IMG/VR virus record: IMGVR_UViG_3300028275_000006
Span: 148,543 to 212,542 of that record
Length of the DNA stretch: 64,000 nucleotides
Direction: 5' to 3' (one strand)
Below the pieces are notes generated by a model, which was given only the letters and a program-made list of their open reading frames with translations, was not told the DNA's origin and searched no databases. Below, one piece after another: positions 9,027 to 17,931 of this stretch. The translations under genes were made by a program, and so were the position numbers. How positions within the stretch are numbered: position 1 is the stretch's first letter; each line of letters starts with the position of its first letter.

Positions 9027-10129
9027 TTTTGTATCAAGGTAATAATAGTATTACCTCCCTGATTTATTCTGTTCTTAAATTCTAAATTGCCCTGTGTTTG
9101 TAATATTGTTGAGTTTTGTGTGAGTGGTGTTTTAACACATTGTATGTCAGCACCGTTGTCGCGACAGAGTTCAACACTCATATCATCTTTGTAGGCTATA
9201 ATGCCACTGGACTTTTTATAGTCTGGTAGCACAGGATCTACAGGATCTAAAAACTTTTGATCCAGTATGTTTCCCACAATGTCGAATAAGTTAGCAAGGA
9301 AATCATTAGACAAAAAGTTTTTGGCTAACTTATCTTCATAAATCATATTGGCCTGCATATCTAAATAATTCTCCAAACCTTTCTCTTTTAAAAAGTCAAA
9401 GTCTAAAGCATTAAATGTTCTCTGTTGTTCTTGTTGTGCTTGTTTGACTTCGCGCGGAGGACTGACAATTAACATATTGCCAATGGCCATTTCACTTAGA
9501 TTTAATACTTTAGGCGGTGTAGGAGGTTGTGTTCTACTTTGAACTTTAGTTACTTGGAAGGGTTGATTTAGTATTACAGTACCTACATCATTGCTAACTT
9601 CAATACTGCCAGTCTTACAGTTAGTTTCAATATCTCTAACTGAGCGTGTTGGTCTATCATTAGGACAACTAGGTAAAAGAATAATTGTACTTTCGCCTAG
9701 CTCGTCTACAGTGGCAGTAAAGTCAGTACCGCGTACAGCAACAGTAGCACTAGGAGTAGAAAGGGCCACATTCTGAGGCGAATTCTTAGCAATCTGTCCA
9801 GACGCATAACGAACTGTGCCAAGAGCAATCTTAGCACCTAGTTTACCCGCCTTACTTTTTGGATCATAAACGAAATCATCAATTACAAGTTTAGAATTTT
9901 CATTGACTTGGACTTTAGTATCGTCCTCAAATGTTATCCCCACCTTGCCCTGCTGGGTCTTGATCGCATCGTTCATTTCCACTCCAGTCCCTTTCGACGC
10001 CGTTAGTGTCGAATTCTGTCTCTGGATAGTCGGGGGTGTATTGATTTGTTCCGTTACTTTGCCTATCGCGGCGTAGGCCAACGATGTACTCAGCAACGGA
10101 ACGCATAATACTACCATCCATAATTTCAT
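9023..10129 (-). CDS. periplasmic FecR-domain protein
   Basis: Signal peptide; GVEMNDAIKT, ITFEDDTKVQVNENSKLVID, TPSATVAVRGTDF. Confidence 0.85.
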   Translation of the reverse strand: MKLWMVVLCVPLLSTSLAYAAIGKVTEQINTPPTIQRQNSTLTASKGTGVEMNDAIKTQQGKVGITFEDDTKVQVNENSKLVIDDFVYDPKSKAGKLGAKIALGTVRYASGQIAKNSPQNVALSTPSATVAVRGTDFTATVDELGESTIILLPSCPNDRPTRSVRDIETNCKTGSIEVSNDVGTVILNQPFQVTKVQSRTQPPTPPKVLNLSEMAIGNMLIVSPPREVKQAQQEQQRTFNALDFDFLKEKGLENYLDMQANMIYEDKLAKNFLSNDFLANLFDIVGNILDQKFLDPVDPVLPDYKKSSGIIAYKDDMSVELCRDNGADIQCVKTPLTQNSTILQTQGNLEFKNRINQGGNTIITLIQK

Positions 10130-10138
10130 GGAACCCTC

Positions 10139-11113
10139 TTAGTTTTTCTGTAAAATAGTGTAAGTGTTGCCACTTCCTGATATAGCAAGATTAGTTAGAT
10201 TGCTAACTGATCCTTGTTGTGTAATACCAATAGTATTAGTACTACCTGTTACAGATAACGTTGTGCTGTGTCCAGTAGCAGATCCACCTGTTTGTGCAAG
10301 TGTAATGCCATTGCTACCGCCTGTTACAGTAATACTAGCATAGTGATCGTACGCACCAGTTTGTGTTACGTCTGTAGTATTACCAGAACCTGTGATGTTG
10401 ATAATTGCTTGAGCACCAGTTACACCGTATGCACTCTGTGTTACAGATGTAGTGTTAGTTGCACCAACAGTTGTTAGACTAACTTGACCTTTGTTTCCGG
10501 TCATGTTAAGTGTAGTTGCGTTGCCGCCGCCACCTGTTTGACTAACAGTTGCTACAGTTTCATCAGCGTTGATTGTACCTGTAAATGTGTTGTTAGCACC
10601 ACCACTAGTTCCAACAGTTAATTGGTTACTTGTACCAGTCATGTTAAGTGTTGTAGTTGCACTACCGCCACTTTGAACAAAACTAACAACGTTACCACTG
10701 GCTGTGCCTGTACCATTATTGTTAATATTAATGTAACCTGTGTTTCCACCACCACTTACTTGGTAATTTAAATTCACACCAATATTAGCATAACCTTGTA
10801 CAGTACCACCTTGTGTTGAGTTAACACCTAACGCCAATACGTTAGTTGCTCCTGTTTGCTCAATGTTGATAGTCTGTGCGGCACCAGTTAGTTTAGCAGG
10901 ATCAGTTGTTCCACCTGCTGTGCCATTTAATAATATACCCTTTACTTTGTTTCCTGCTCCGTCTTGAGTCATAGTAATAGTACTATTATCGCCGGACTGA
11001 TCAATGTAAATGCTATTGTCAGCCGCATAACCCAATGTTGTCATTGCAGACAACACCAGAATTGTGAGTAATTTTCTCGACAACCCACCAGCGCCTGTGA
11101 TTCTCTTATGCAT
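10139..11113 (-). CDS. curlin-repeat (CsgA/CsgB-like) beta-solenoid secreted protein
   Basis: Signal peptide; many Q-x-G-x-x-N repeats; Gly/Thr/Asn-rich. Confidence 0.8.
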   Translation of the reverse strand: MHKRITGAGGLSRKLLTILVLSAMTTLGYAADNSIYIDQSGDNSTITMTQDGAGNKVKGILLNGTAGGTTDPAKLTGAAQTINIEQTGATNVLALGVNSTQGGTVQGYANIGVNLNYQVSGGGNTGYININNNGTGTASGNVVSFVQSGGSATTTLNMTGTSNQLTVGTSGGANNTFTGTINADETVATVSQTGGGGNATTLNMTGNKGQVSLTTVGATNTTSVTQSAYGVTGAQAIINITGSGNTTDVTQTGAYDHYASITVTGGSNGITLAQTGGSATGHSTTLSVTGSTNTIGITQQGSVSNLTNLAISGSGNTYTILQKN

Positions 11114-11196
11114 CGTTTTTACAGAATTAGGTTATCTTCCCTAACTCGCTCCTTGGTCTAAGACCATTAAAAAATTTAAAGTGCTACCTCTCTTTC

Positions 11197-12366
11197 TTAT
11201 TTTTGTTTGTTAACTACTTCTTTTTTAACAAACCCTTTACGCTTCTCTACGTCCTGCACTTGTACCCAATCACCTTCGCTCCCGGTTATGAATACTCGTG
11301 TATTTGGCTTAAACTGCCAAGTCCTTTGACTCTTTTCGTTTGGCTCCTTGTATATAAACTGAGCATCCTTTAGAATTGCTTCTGTAGGTAACTTCTCTAG
11401 TTCTTTTGCGGCGGTACTGGGTACGGCCTTGGTTTCGGTTTCGGATTTGGTTTGTGATTGAACCACGACATCTTTCTTCTCCTCTACTTTAACTTCTTCT
11501 TTAATCTCAGAGCTAATTACCGGCTGGGCCGCTGGTGCTGGTACAGGTGCCTTGGCCGCTGGTGCGGATTCTGGTTTAAACTCCCATACACCTTTACGTT
11601 GTCCTTCCTTAATTAACTCTACGACTGCCATTTCAATAGTTGCCTTTGTAGCGTAAGTGCCAGGTTCATTGATAGTTAAACCTGCTTCTGCTTCAAATGC
11701 CTTAGTGCCTGCGTCAAAGAATTTTAATGCAGATACGCTGTCTGCTGAACTTAAGATAGTCTTTTGTACTGTCACTGTGGCTAATACCTTACCAGTGTTT
11801 ACGCTAACTGCTCGTAAACTTACTGTTACTGTATCAGTGCTCCACTGTGTATTTTTGCCTATGCCAAATATACGTTGACCTACACCACCGCTGGTAGTGC
11901 TTTGATCGTAGCCTACTATTCCGCCTTCTACAATAATTCCAGCGAATTGCATTGGTAGCAATGGTTTAGCATCTTTACCTTCATATGCTTCGCGCATTTG
12001 CCTAATAATTAAACGTTCTTTAGTTAGGTTATCAATGCCCACACGTTCTACAACGTCGAACCATTGACCGCGTCCTACATTTTGTAATGCCTGTATTAAG
12101 AATGTTTCTGCACCCTGTGTCACTGCTGTTGATAAACTGGCAATGTTTGCCTGCGGTCTACGTTGACCTGTTTTATCAGTAAAACTATAAACGGCCACGC
12201 TTAGTGGTCTTCCAGCGATTGGACTAGGTATTGTATCAAATTCTTTCTTAACATTAGTCATTTGCCCTGTAACTTCAGGACTCTTGTCTAGTACTCCAGT
12301 TGTCTGCATAACAGCACAACCTGAAAGCATAGTTAAAACTGCTAGGGATAGTATTGTCTTTTTCAT
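11197..12366 (-). CDS. csgG: CsgG curli secretion channel lipoprotein with a C-terminal SH3b-like extension
   Basis: Lipobox LSGC; AVYSFTDKTGQ, STAVTQGA, WFDVVERVGIDNLTKERLIIR, EAEAG; Pro/Ala linker then GDWVQV..GFV. Confidence 0.9.
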   Translation of the reverse strand: MKKTILSLAVLTMLSGCAVMQTTGVLDKSPEVTGQMTNVKKEFDTIPSPIAGRPLSVAVYSFTDKTGQRRPQANIASLSTAVTQGAETFLIQALQNVGRGQWFDVVERVGIDNLTKERLIIRQMREAYEGKDAKPLLPMQFAGIIVEGGIVGYDQSTTSGGVGQRIFGIGKNTQWSTDTVTVSLRAVSVNTGKVLATVTVQKTILSSADSVSALKFFDAGTKAFEAEAGLTINEPGTYATKATIEMAVVELIKEGQRKGVWEFKPESAPAAKAPVPAPAAQPVISSEIKEEVKVEEKKDVVVQSQTKSETETKAVPSTAAKELEKLPTEAILKDAQFIYKEPNEKSQRTWQFKPNTRVFITGSEGDWVQVQDVEKRKGFVKKEVVNKQK

Positions 12367-12369
12367 GTC

Positions 12370-12909
12370 TTAGTTCCCCGGCATTTGGAATGAACTTAAT
12401 GGAACATACACACAACTCATTCCAGTGTCTGTGCATGATGCTGTACTTGGGTTAGTGGCTGTAGGATCTGCAATCTTTAACATAATGCAGTATCCGTAGG
12501 CTGTTGAACAGTTAGCATCGTTAGCACTACTAACTCTGCCCCAACTAATATAGTTGCCCTGGAAGTCAATGTTGCCAGAACAGTTTGTGTTGCTACTTGC
12601 TGTACAGTTGTTATTGGCAAACATAGCGGTTGCTACGTTCTGACTAATCTGTGCATAGATACGTGATTCTAAGTTACTAACAAACTTAGCAAGGTTGGTG
12701 TTTTTCTTATCTGCGGCTGCTTTGTCAATTTCAGCCTGTAGTTTATCTGCACGTTCTTTCTGACGTGTGCGCTCTTGATTCTCAATGGTTAATACATGAC
12801 TGCTGTAACCTACGCCGTTAAAGGCAGGACTCTTAAAGGTGTAATCACCTAAAGGTGCTGCCGATACAATCATAGGCAATAATGCTATAAGTGATAATAG
12901 TTTTTTCAT
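12370..12909 (-). CDS. csgF: CsgF-like curli assembly protein
   Basis: Signal peptide; YTFKSPAFNG, FVSNLESRIYAQIS; directly upstream of csgG. Confidence 0.8.
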   Translation of the reverse strand: MKKLLSLIALLPMIVSAAPLGDYTFKSPAFNGVGYSSHVLTIENQERTRQKERADKLQAEIDKAAADKKNTNLAKFVSNLESRIYAQISQNVATAMFANNNCTASSNTNCSGNIDFQGNYISWGRVSSANDANCSTAYGYCIMLKIADPTATNPSTASCTDTGMSCVYVPLSSFQMPGN

Positions 12910-12976
12910 TCGGTTCGCTCCCGGCTATCTCACTATTATTTAATCTAGAGCAAGAAAGATTCTATTACCACATAAT

Positions 12977-13002
12977 AAAAAAGGGCTCCGAAGAGCCCTT
13001 TT
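12977..13002 (-). terminator. intrinsic terminator (UUCG loop), possibly bidirectional
   Basis: AAAAGGGCTC-TTCG-GAGCCCTTTTTT after the BI-1 gene. Confidence 0.85.
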
Positions 13003-13023
13003 ATTAATTAACATACTAGTTAA

Positions 13024-13713
13024 TTATTTTCTATCACCAAACAACTGTAGTAAATTAATGAACAGATTAATAAAATCCATATATAGTGTTAATGCACCTG
13101 TTACTTCGGTTGCAGGATCAGAGTCGATTGAAACCATTTCTCGTATTTGCTGTGTATCGTAAGCAGTTAATCCTAGAAAGATAATAATTGCTAATGCACT
13201 GATAACCATGGCCATTACACTACTACCAATAAAGATGTTAACAATACTGGCAATAACAATAGCAATCAATCCAATGAACATAAACTGTCCAAGACTTTCC
13301 AAACTACGTTTTGTAAAGTATCCATAGAAGCTCATTGTACCAAACAAGATCGCCGCACCCATAAACGCACTAACAATACTGCCCATGGTAAAGATAGCAA
13401 AAATTGTAGCAAAGCTCAAACCCATTAATGCCGCAAAACCATGTAAGCATAGTTGGGCGACTTGTTTACTAGGGTTATTAGATAGTACCATGCTAACACC
13501 AAAGATAGCAACCAGTGGTGCAAAAATTACAATCCACTTCATTACACCTGTAAAGAAGAATTGTAACAATTCTGGGCTAGTACCTACAAAGTAACTAACA
13601 ATCATAGACACAAGAACTGCTAGGCTCATGTGTCCATAGACACGACCCATTGCTTCATTGATCTGTGCGGCTGAACGGTAAATTCCAGTACCTGTGTAAC
13701 TTGCACCAAACAT
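13024..13713 (-). CDS. Bax inhibitor-1/YccA family membrane protein
   Basis: 7 TM; LTAYDTQQIR, GALTLYMDFINLF. Confidence 0.9.
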   Translation of the reverse strand: MFGASYTGTGIYRSAAQINEAMGRVYGHMSLAVLVSMIVSYFVGTSPELLQFFFTGVMKWIVIFAPLVAIFGVSMVLSNNPSKQVAQLCLHGFAALMGLSFATIFAIFTMGSIVSAFMGAAILFGTMSFYGYFTKRSLESLGQFMFIGLIAIVIASIVNIFIGSSVMAMVISALAIIIFLGLTAYDTQQIREMVSIDSDPATEVTGALTLYMDFINLFINLLQLFGDRK

Positions 13714-13735
13714 AAATTTCTCCTGAAGTTAAAAA

Positions 13736-13811
13736 TGGTGCCCCTTGTCCGACTCGAACAGACCACCTACTGATTACAAATCAGTTGCTCTACCAGATGA
13801 GCTAAAGGGGC
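13736..13811 (-). tRNA. trnT: tRNA-Thr(UGU), CCA encoded
   Basis: GCCCCTT acceptor/AAGGGGC-ACCA; D arm AGCTCATCTGGTAGAGC; anticodon stem ACTGA-TTTGTAA-TCAGT; T loop TTCGAGT. Confidence 0.95.
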
Positions 13812-13820
13812 AATGTTTTT

Positions 13821-13850
13821 ATTATATATGAACTTCGTAAGATTTGTCAA
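13821..13850 (-). promoter_or_regulatory. sigma70-type promoter for the tRNA/BI-1 unit
   Basis: TTGACA-18-TATAAT on the minus strand, ending 10 nt before the tRNA. Confidence 0.6.
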
Positions 13851-13861
13851 CTAGATTTGGC

Positions 13862-15415
13862 TTAACGGATTGCGAAACCCATTTTACCAACTGGTCTTCT
13901 TGTAGCGTAGAAGTTACTGCTGGCATCCAATTTAATTGTGCCCGTGAATACTGGAGGATAGATAACTTCAAAATTGGAGAAGTATGCTCCATTTGATGGT
14001 TTACCTTCAGCGTCCTTAGTAGGCTTCTGTTGTAATGAAGTTTTGACTTGTAACATATTGGAACGTTCCAGAACTGCTTTGAAGAAAGCATCTGTCTTGT
14101 AGTCCTTGTTTACTTTATTTGCTGTGCCAGTTGCTACTGCGGCTAATAAATGCCAACCAATTCTGTAGTCTGGTCTTGTCGAATCGTCTGTGCCTTTATA
14201 AACTAACAATCCTTTTAAGTCGCCTAGTGTTTCGTCATCAACATGCGGCTGATCGCTGTCAATGATTTCCATAATTTTTTCTGCTTGTGTACCATCGATG
14301 ATGCCTACTTTGACACCTAATTCTAATGCACCAGCAATAGAACCATTTCGTTTCCATTGTGCGCTTTTAGCCACATAACTCATGTCAGGGTCTTTAATAA
14401 TGTTTACAATGTCTAGTAGCTCTTGGAAGCCTGGGTTGACTTTAGGATCAAACAATCCTTCATAACGTTGCGGGTATGCCGCTATATCGTCTACCACACC
14501 AGATACAGATGCCTTTGCGCCGCCTTGCTTGTCTTTGGAACTTACACGAATCTTCACATCACCTGAAAACTTCAAATAACTATCGTATAGTTTTTCAGCA
14601 GGATCGTTTGGAAATTCTACACCAACGGCTTCTTCAAACTTCAAACCCATTCCGGCTTCGGCCTGTTGCCATGCACCACTTAAGAACTTTTTCTTAATTA
14701 ATGAAATTGGTGCGGCTGTTTCACCTAAATCAATTTCGTAACTCTTAGCATAGTCGCCGGCGCCGGGGACAGGATTACTGCTACCAGAAGCAACAGCCTG
14801 CAATAGTTGTACTACCTGTTGTTTAATAGCATCTGCTAGATCATCACGCTCTTGAATAGAACCTTGCACTTGTGTAGGAATATCATCTACAGCAATGGTT
14901 GTATTAGTAGGAATAATTCCAACAGGTTTTAAATTAGTTAGAGCACGTTGTTGTACTCCAGAAATTTTATCTTCCTCTCCTGCTTTGCCGCTTAGTTGTA
15001 CATAACCAGTTAGGTCTGAAAACTGTTTAGTCTGTAAGAAGATTGGATAAGCACCTGGCTTCTTAGCAGGCTTAAGAGCGATCCATGCTATGTTCTTTTT
15101 AGATTTTTCATCTTTAAAAATCATTACTAATGCGGCACCTGCTTTTTCAGGTATGCTTAGTCCGCCCACTGGCGGAAGTGTTAGTGCGTTAGATACTGCT
15201 ACATTGTTAGCCTTCACATAGTCCATAATCTCTGGAACTAGTTCTTGATAATTGTCTCGCTTGTCTACGTCTTGTGGAAACACTTGAGATGCAATCATAT
15301 GAATAACATTTCCATCTGCATTTTTAAATGCTACACGTTTGCCACGGCCGGCTTCTTCTGCACGGCGGGCCATGCCGCCTTCAGATTCAAATAAAATAAA
15401 TTCTTTTGCTCTCAT
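13862..15415 (-). CDS. MRAKEF-family 517-aa protein, possible PD-(D/E)xK nuclease-like core
   Basis: N-terminus MRAKEFILFES; LYDSY...IRVSSK resembles a D...(E/S)xK motif (weak). Confidence 0.55.
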   Translation of the reverse strand: MRAKEFILFESEGGMARRAEEAGRGKRVAFKNADGNVIHMIASQVFPQDVDKRDNYQELVPEIMDYVKANNVAVSNALTLPPVGGLSIPEKAGAALVMIFKDEKSKKNIAWIALKPAKKPGAYPIFLQTKQFSDLTGYVQLSGKAGEEDKISGVQQRALTNLKPVGIIPTNTTIAVDDIPTQVQGSIQERDDLADAIKQQVVQLLQAVASGSSNPVPGAGDYAKSYEIDLGETAAPISLIKKKFLSGAWQQAEAGMGLKFEEAVGVEFPNDPAEKLYDSYLKFSGDVKIRVSSKDKQGGAKASVSGVVDDIAAYPQRYEGLFDPKVNPGFQELLDIVNIIKDPDMSYVAKSAQWKRNGSIAGALELGVKVGIIDGTQAEKIMEIIDSDQPHVDDETLGDLKGLLVYKGTDDSTRPDYRIGWHLLAAVATGTANKVNKDYKTDAFFKAVLERSNMLQVKTSLQQKPTKDAEGKPSNGAYFSNFEVIYPPVFTGTIKLDASSNFYATRRPVGKMGFAIR

Positions 15416-16320
15416 TCACAGTTCCAACGTTTACGTGCTTTGCAGATTGCCTTGTCTGGTGTCTTAGTGCAATCAATATTGTGCATTTTCTTTTGGCCAT
15501 CACTTCTAGCACAAAAACTTGATCTACGCTTACTTGCCTTAGATCCTTTCTTTAATTTGCTAGGAGGTGTAGTGACTGCTGTTTTTAATTTACTACCAGG
15601 ATGTTCTCTACGATATGCTTTAACGGCTTTACTGCTCATGCCATCGGTTTTGTCTTTCTTATTAACCTTCTGCCAATCTTCTGACATACCTTCTGGGCCA
15701 ATTTGAACTAACCATTCTAATTCATCGTCTGCATCTCTAACACTGAAGAATTTAACATTAGGAATCTTCTTAGCCGCAAACCATTTGTTAGCCACTTTAA
15801 CCATTAGGGCACGATGTTGACGATCATTAACATCCGGTTCATATCCGCCTGTTAAGTTTGCCCACAATGCACTTGGATTGCCATGGCGATCGTAACCCAA
15901 CAATTCACGCCATTGTTGTTGTAAGCGATCTGGCACATACTGATCCAATTCAGTGTCGCTCATCCACTCTCGGCCAATATCGACACCTTCCGCCATGGCG
16001 GCTTCAGTTAAGTCTTCTGGGGCAAAACCAATATAACTCTTACCATGCTCATCGCCAGACTGCACAACAAATGCGCCGCCTTCTTCTGATTCGATTTCGC
16101 CAATTTCCCAACCCATACGATTTAATAGTTTTTCAACTTTTTGTTGTATGTCGTCATCGCCATTGTACCAAATACGAGCGTACTTGAGTAATGTTTCTTC
16201 TTCGTCGCCACTATTATCCGGCGCAAATTCTTTTACATTTTGCTTTTTCTTTTTAGCAATAGCGATAGCGGCTTGTTGTGCGGCATTGGTTGCTTCTGTG
16301 ATGAATTCTTTTGCTCTCAT
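15412..16320 (-). CDS. MRAKEF-family modular protein with basic Cys-containing C-terminal domain seen in T4-like phages
   Basis: MRAKEFITEA; C-terminal GSKLKTAVT...RRSSFCAR...CKARKRWNC. Confidence 0.7.
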   Translation of the reverse strand: MRAKEFITEATNAAQQAAIAIAKKKKQNVKEFAPDNSGDEEETLLKYARIWYNGDDDIQQKVEKLLNRMGWEIGEIESEEGGAFVVQSGDEHGKSYIGFAPEDLTEAAMAEGVDIGREWMSDTELDQYVPDRLQQQWRELLGYDRHGNPSALWANLTGGYEPDVNDRQHRALMVKVANKWFAAKKIPNVKFFSVRDADDELEWLVQIGPEGMSEDWQKVNKKDKTDGMSSKAVKAYRREHPGSKLKTAVTTPPSKLKKGSKASKRRSSFCARSDGQKKMHNIDCTKTPDKAICKARKRWNCE

Positions 16321-16343
16321 GGTAAAATCCGTCTATTCTGTAT

Positions 16344-17024
16344 TTAGCGAATTTCTGGGAACAAACATTCCTGTATGAATACCCTAACATCCTCTTCATC
16401 TAAGCCTAAACTAGCCATTACACGTGGAGTATGTGGGTTACATTTTTGATTGATTGCGTAGTAGTTCTGCGCTTCTGTGGTATTTTCAGTAGTATTATTA
16501 GTTTCTGCTACAGTTTCTAAGTAATGTGCCAGTGTATCTTTAGCCATTTCTATAATCTGCGCTAGTTCTTCTTCGCTCTGCACATTACCTGCGGCTACCA
16601 TGCTAGGGCTGAATATGTTGGTAGCCCATTCTGGTAGTTGGCGTTCTCTGCGCCATTCGAGTCGTTTAACATAATCAGCAAACCATTCCATCATAGGATG
16701 ATTAGAATCTCCTGCTTTGCTGTAATCATGAAAACAGCCAGTAATCTTATTCTTGCCTGCTACAACGTCAAAGCCGTAAATTGGTGCTGGATTGTGTAAG
16801 TGTGGGAAGATGCAACAATGCATCATCCAGAGTCCTTTGGTTTCTCTAGCATCCACAACATCAACGTGAGCACGGCGATAAGACCCACTGGTCCAAACAC
16901 GATTAACCCAACCAGGCTGATTAAAGCGATCCATGCCCGGTTCAAAGATTTCTGTTCCTGTTTCATTAAAACTGCTTTCTAAAAGATGCTGAACTTCAAT
17001 CAGCGTGTCCCATACTTTACTCAT
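16344..17024 (-). CDS. pcyX: ferredoxin-dependent bilin reductase (PcyX/PcyA-like)
   Basis: RRAHVDVVD, LWMMHCCIFP, PIYGFDVVAG, FHDYS, LPEWATNIFS, NPHTPRVM; adjacent to heme oxygenase. Confidence 0.85.
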   Translation of the reverse strand: MSKVWDTLIEVQHLLESSFNETGTEIFEPGMDRFNQPGWVNRVWTSGSYRRAHVDVVDARETKGLWMMHCCIFPHLHNPAPIYGFDVVAGKNKITGCFHDYSKAGDSNHPMMEWFADYVKRLEWRRERQLPEWATNIFSPSMVAAGNVQSEEELAQIIEMAKDTLAHYLETVAETNNTTENTTEAQNYYAINQKCNPHTPRVMASLGLDEEDVRVFIQECLFPEIR

Positions 17025-17571
17025 AGTGTGGAACTATATCCATCATTTGATCAAAGAATTTTGCCGCAAAATCAAAACATACTCTTGCTTCATCTGCTAG
17101 ACTATCATCTAGTTTTGCACGAATTGCTTCTTTGATCTTTTCAGGTTCGTCTCCAAACTGATAGTATTTGCCACTGCCTGGAACTCTTTTAGCAATCATT
17201 TGACCGCCTGATAAATCTCCCATGTGACGTACATAAATGTGTGCCATCAACTTTTTAGGATCATCTTTGATGCTGAGAATATATTTGATATATTCATCCA
17301 CTACCGGACACATTTTTGGTTCTTCAGGATTGTCTGAGCCCCATAGTTCTATGAAGTCAGATAAAATTGCAGGTGCTCTGCGTATCTCTGGTAGACCGGA
17401 AAGTAATCCATGTGGCATAGCACAGACTTCTAAAATCTCATACATTGGATGTTGATTTTTTAGATATGTTGCGTATAGTTTAGGATTTACATTTCCTGAA
17501 AATAAGACTTTAACAAAAGGCCTTGTTTCTGCTCTGCGATGTTGCTCGTGTGTAAGTTCTTTTAGACTCAT
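17017..17571 (-). CDS. hemO: heme oxygenase
   Basis: LKELTHEQHRRAE proximal His; AHIYVRHMGDLSGGQMI distal helix. Confidence 0.92.
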   Translation of the reverse strand: MSLKELTHEQHRRAETRPFVKVLFSGNVNPKLYATYLKNQHPMYEILEVCAMPHGLLSGLPEIRRAPAILSDFIELWGSDNPEEPKMCPVVDEYIKYILSIKDDPKKLMAHIYVRHMGDLSGGQMIAKRVPGSGKYYQFGDEPEKIKEAIRAKLDDSLADEARVCFDFAAKFFDQMMDIVPHYE

Positions 17572-17876
17572 TCGGAATCCACTTTAATTTGTAATGGGAA
17601 GCCTGCTTGACGTGCAAGGTGTGTTGCCTCAACACCTTTCTGCTCGGCGATCTCGTAGGTATAAACACCTACTACTGCTGAACCTTCATTGTGTACAGTT
17701 AATGTAATCTGTTCAGCATTTTCTCTGGAGTGCTTAAACACAGTCATTAGTAATTCAATAACAAAGTCGATTGGAGTTTTGTTATCATTTAAAAACAATA
17801 CCTTGTAACGCTTAGGTTCAGTGATATCGATTTTAATCTTTTCGTCAATTTTAATTTCGGTGTCTACAGTTGGCAT
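17568..17876 (-). CDS. clpS: ClpS N-degron adaptor
   Basis: YKVLFLNDNKTPIDFVIELL, VHNEGSAVVGVYTYEIAE, FPLQ. Confidence 0.92.
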   Translation of the reverse strand: MPTVDTEIKIDEKIKIDITEPKRYKVLFLNDNKTPIDFVIELLMTVFKHSRENAEQITLTVHNEGSAVVGVYTYEIAEQKGVEATHLARQAGFPLQIKVDSE

Positions 17877-17898
17877 ATTGGCCCTCCATTCTTAATGG

Positions 17899-17925
17899 TA
17901 TTTATTAGTGGGGGCCGGAGCCCCC
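17899..17925 (-). promoter_or_regulatory. GC hairpin followed by late promoter TAAATA upstream of clpS
   Basis: GGGGGC-TCCG-GCCCCC then ACTAATAAATA. Confidence 0.55.
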
Positions 17926-17931
17926 GATTTT

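Noticed and set aside
6682-11878. Cys/Ser-rich plus-strand ORFs such as 7944..8288 and 10268..10477
   Set aside because: Antisense translations of Thr/Ala-rich genes, not real Cys-rich proteins
13822-14091. Track ORF 13822..14091 and similar short alternative-frame ORFs inside long genes
   Set aside because: Overlap well-supported genes in another frame with no recognisable features
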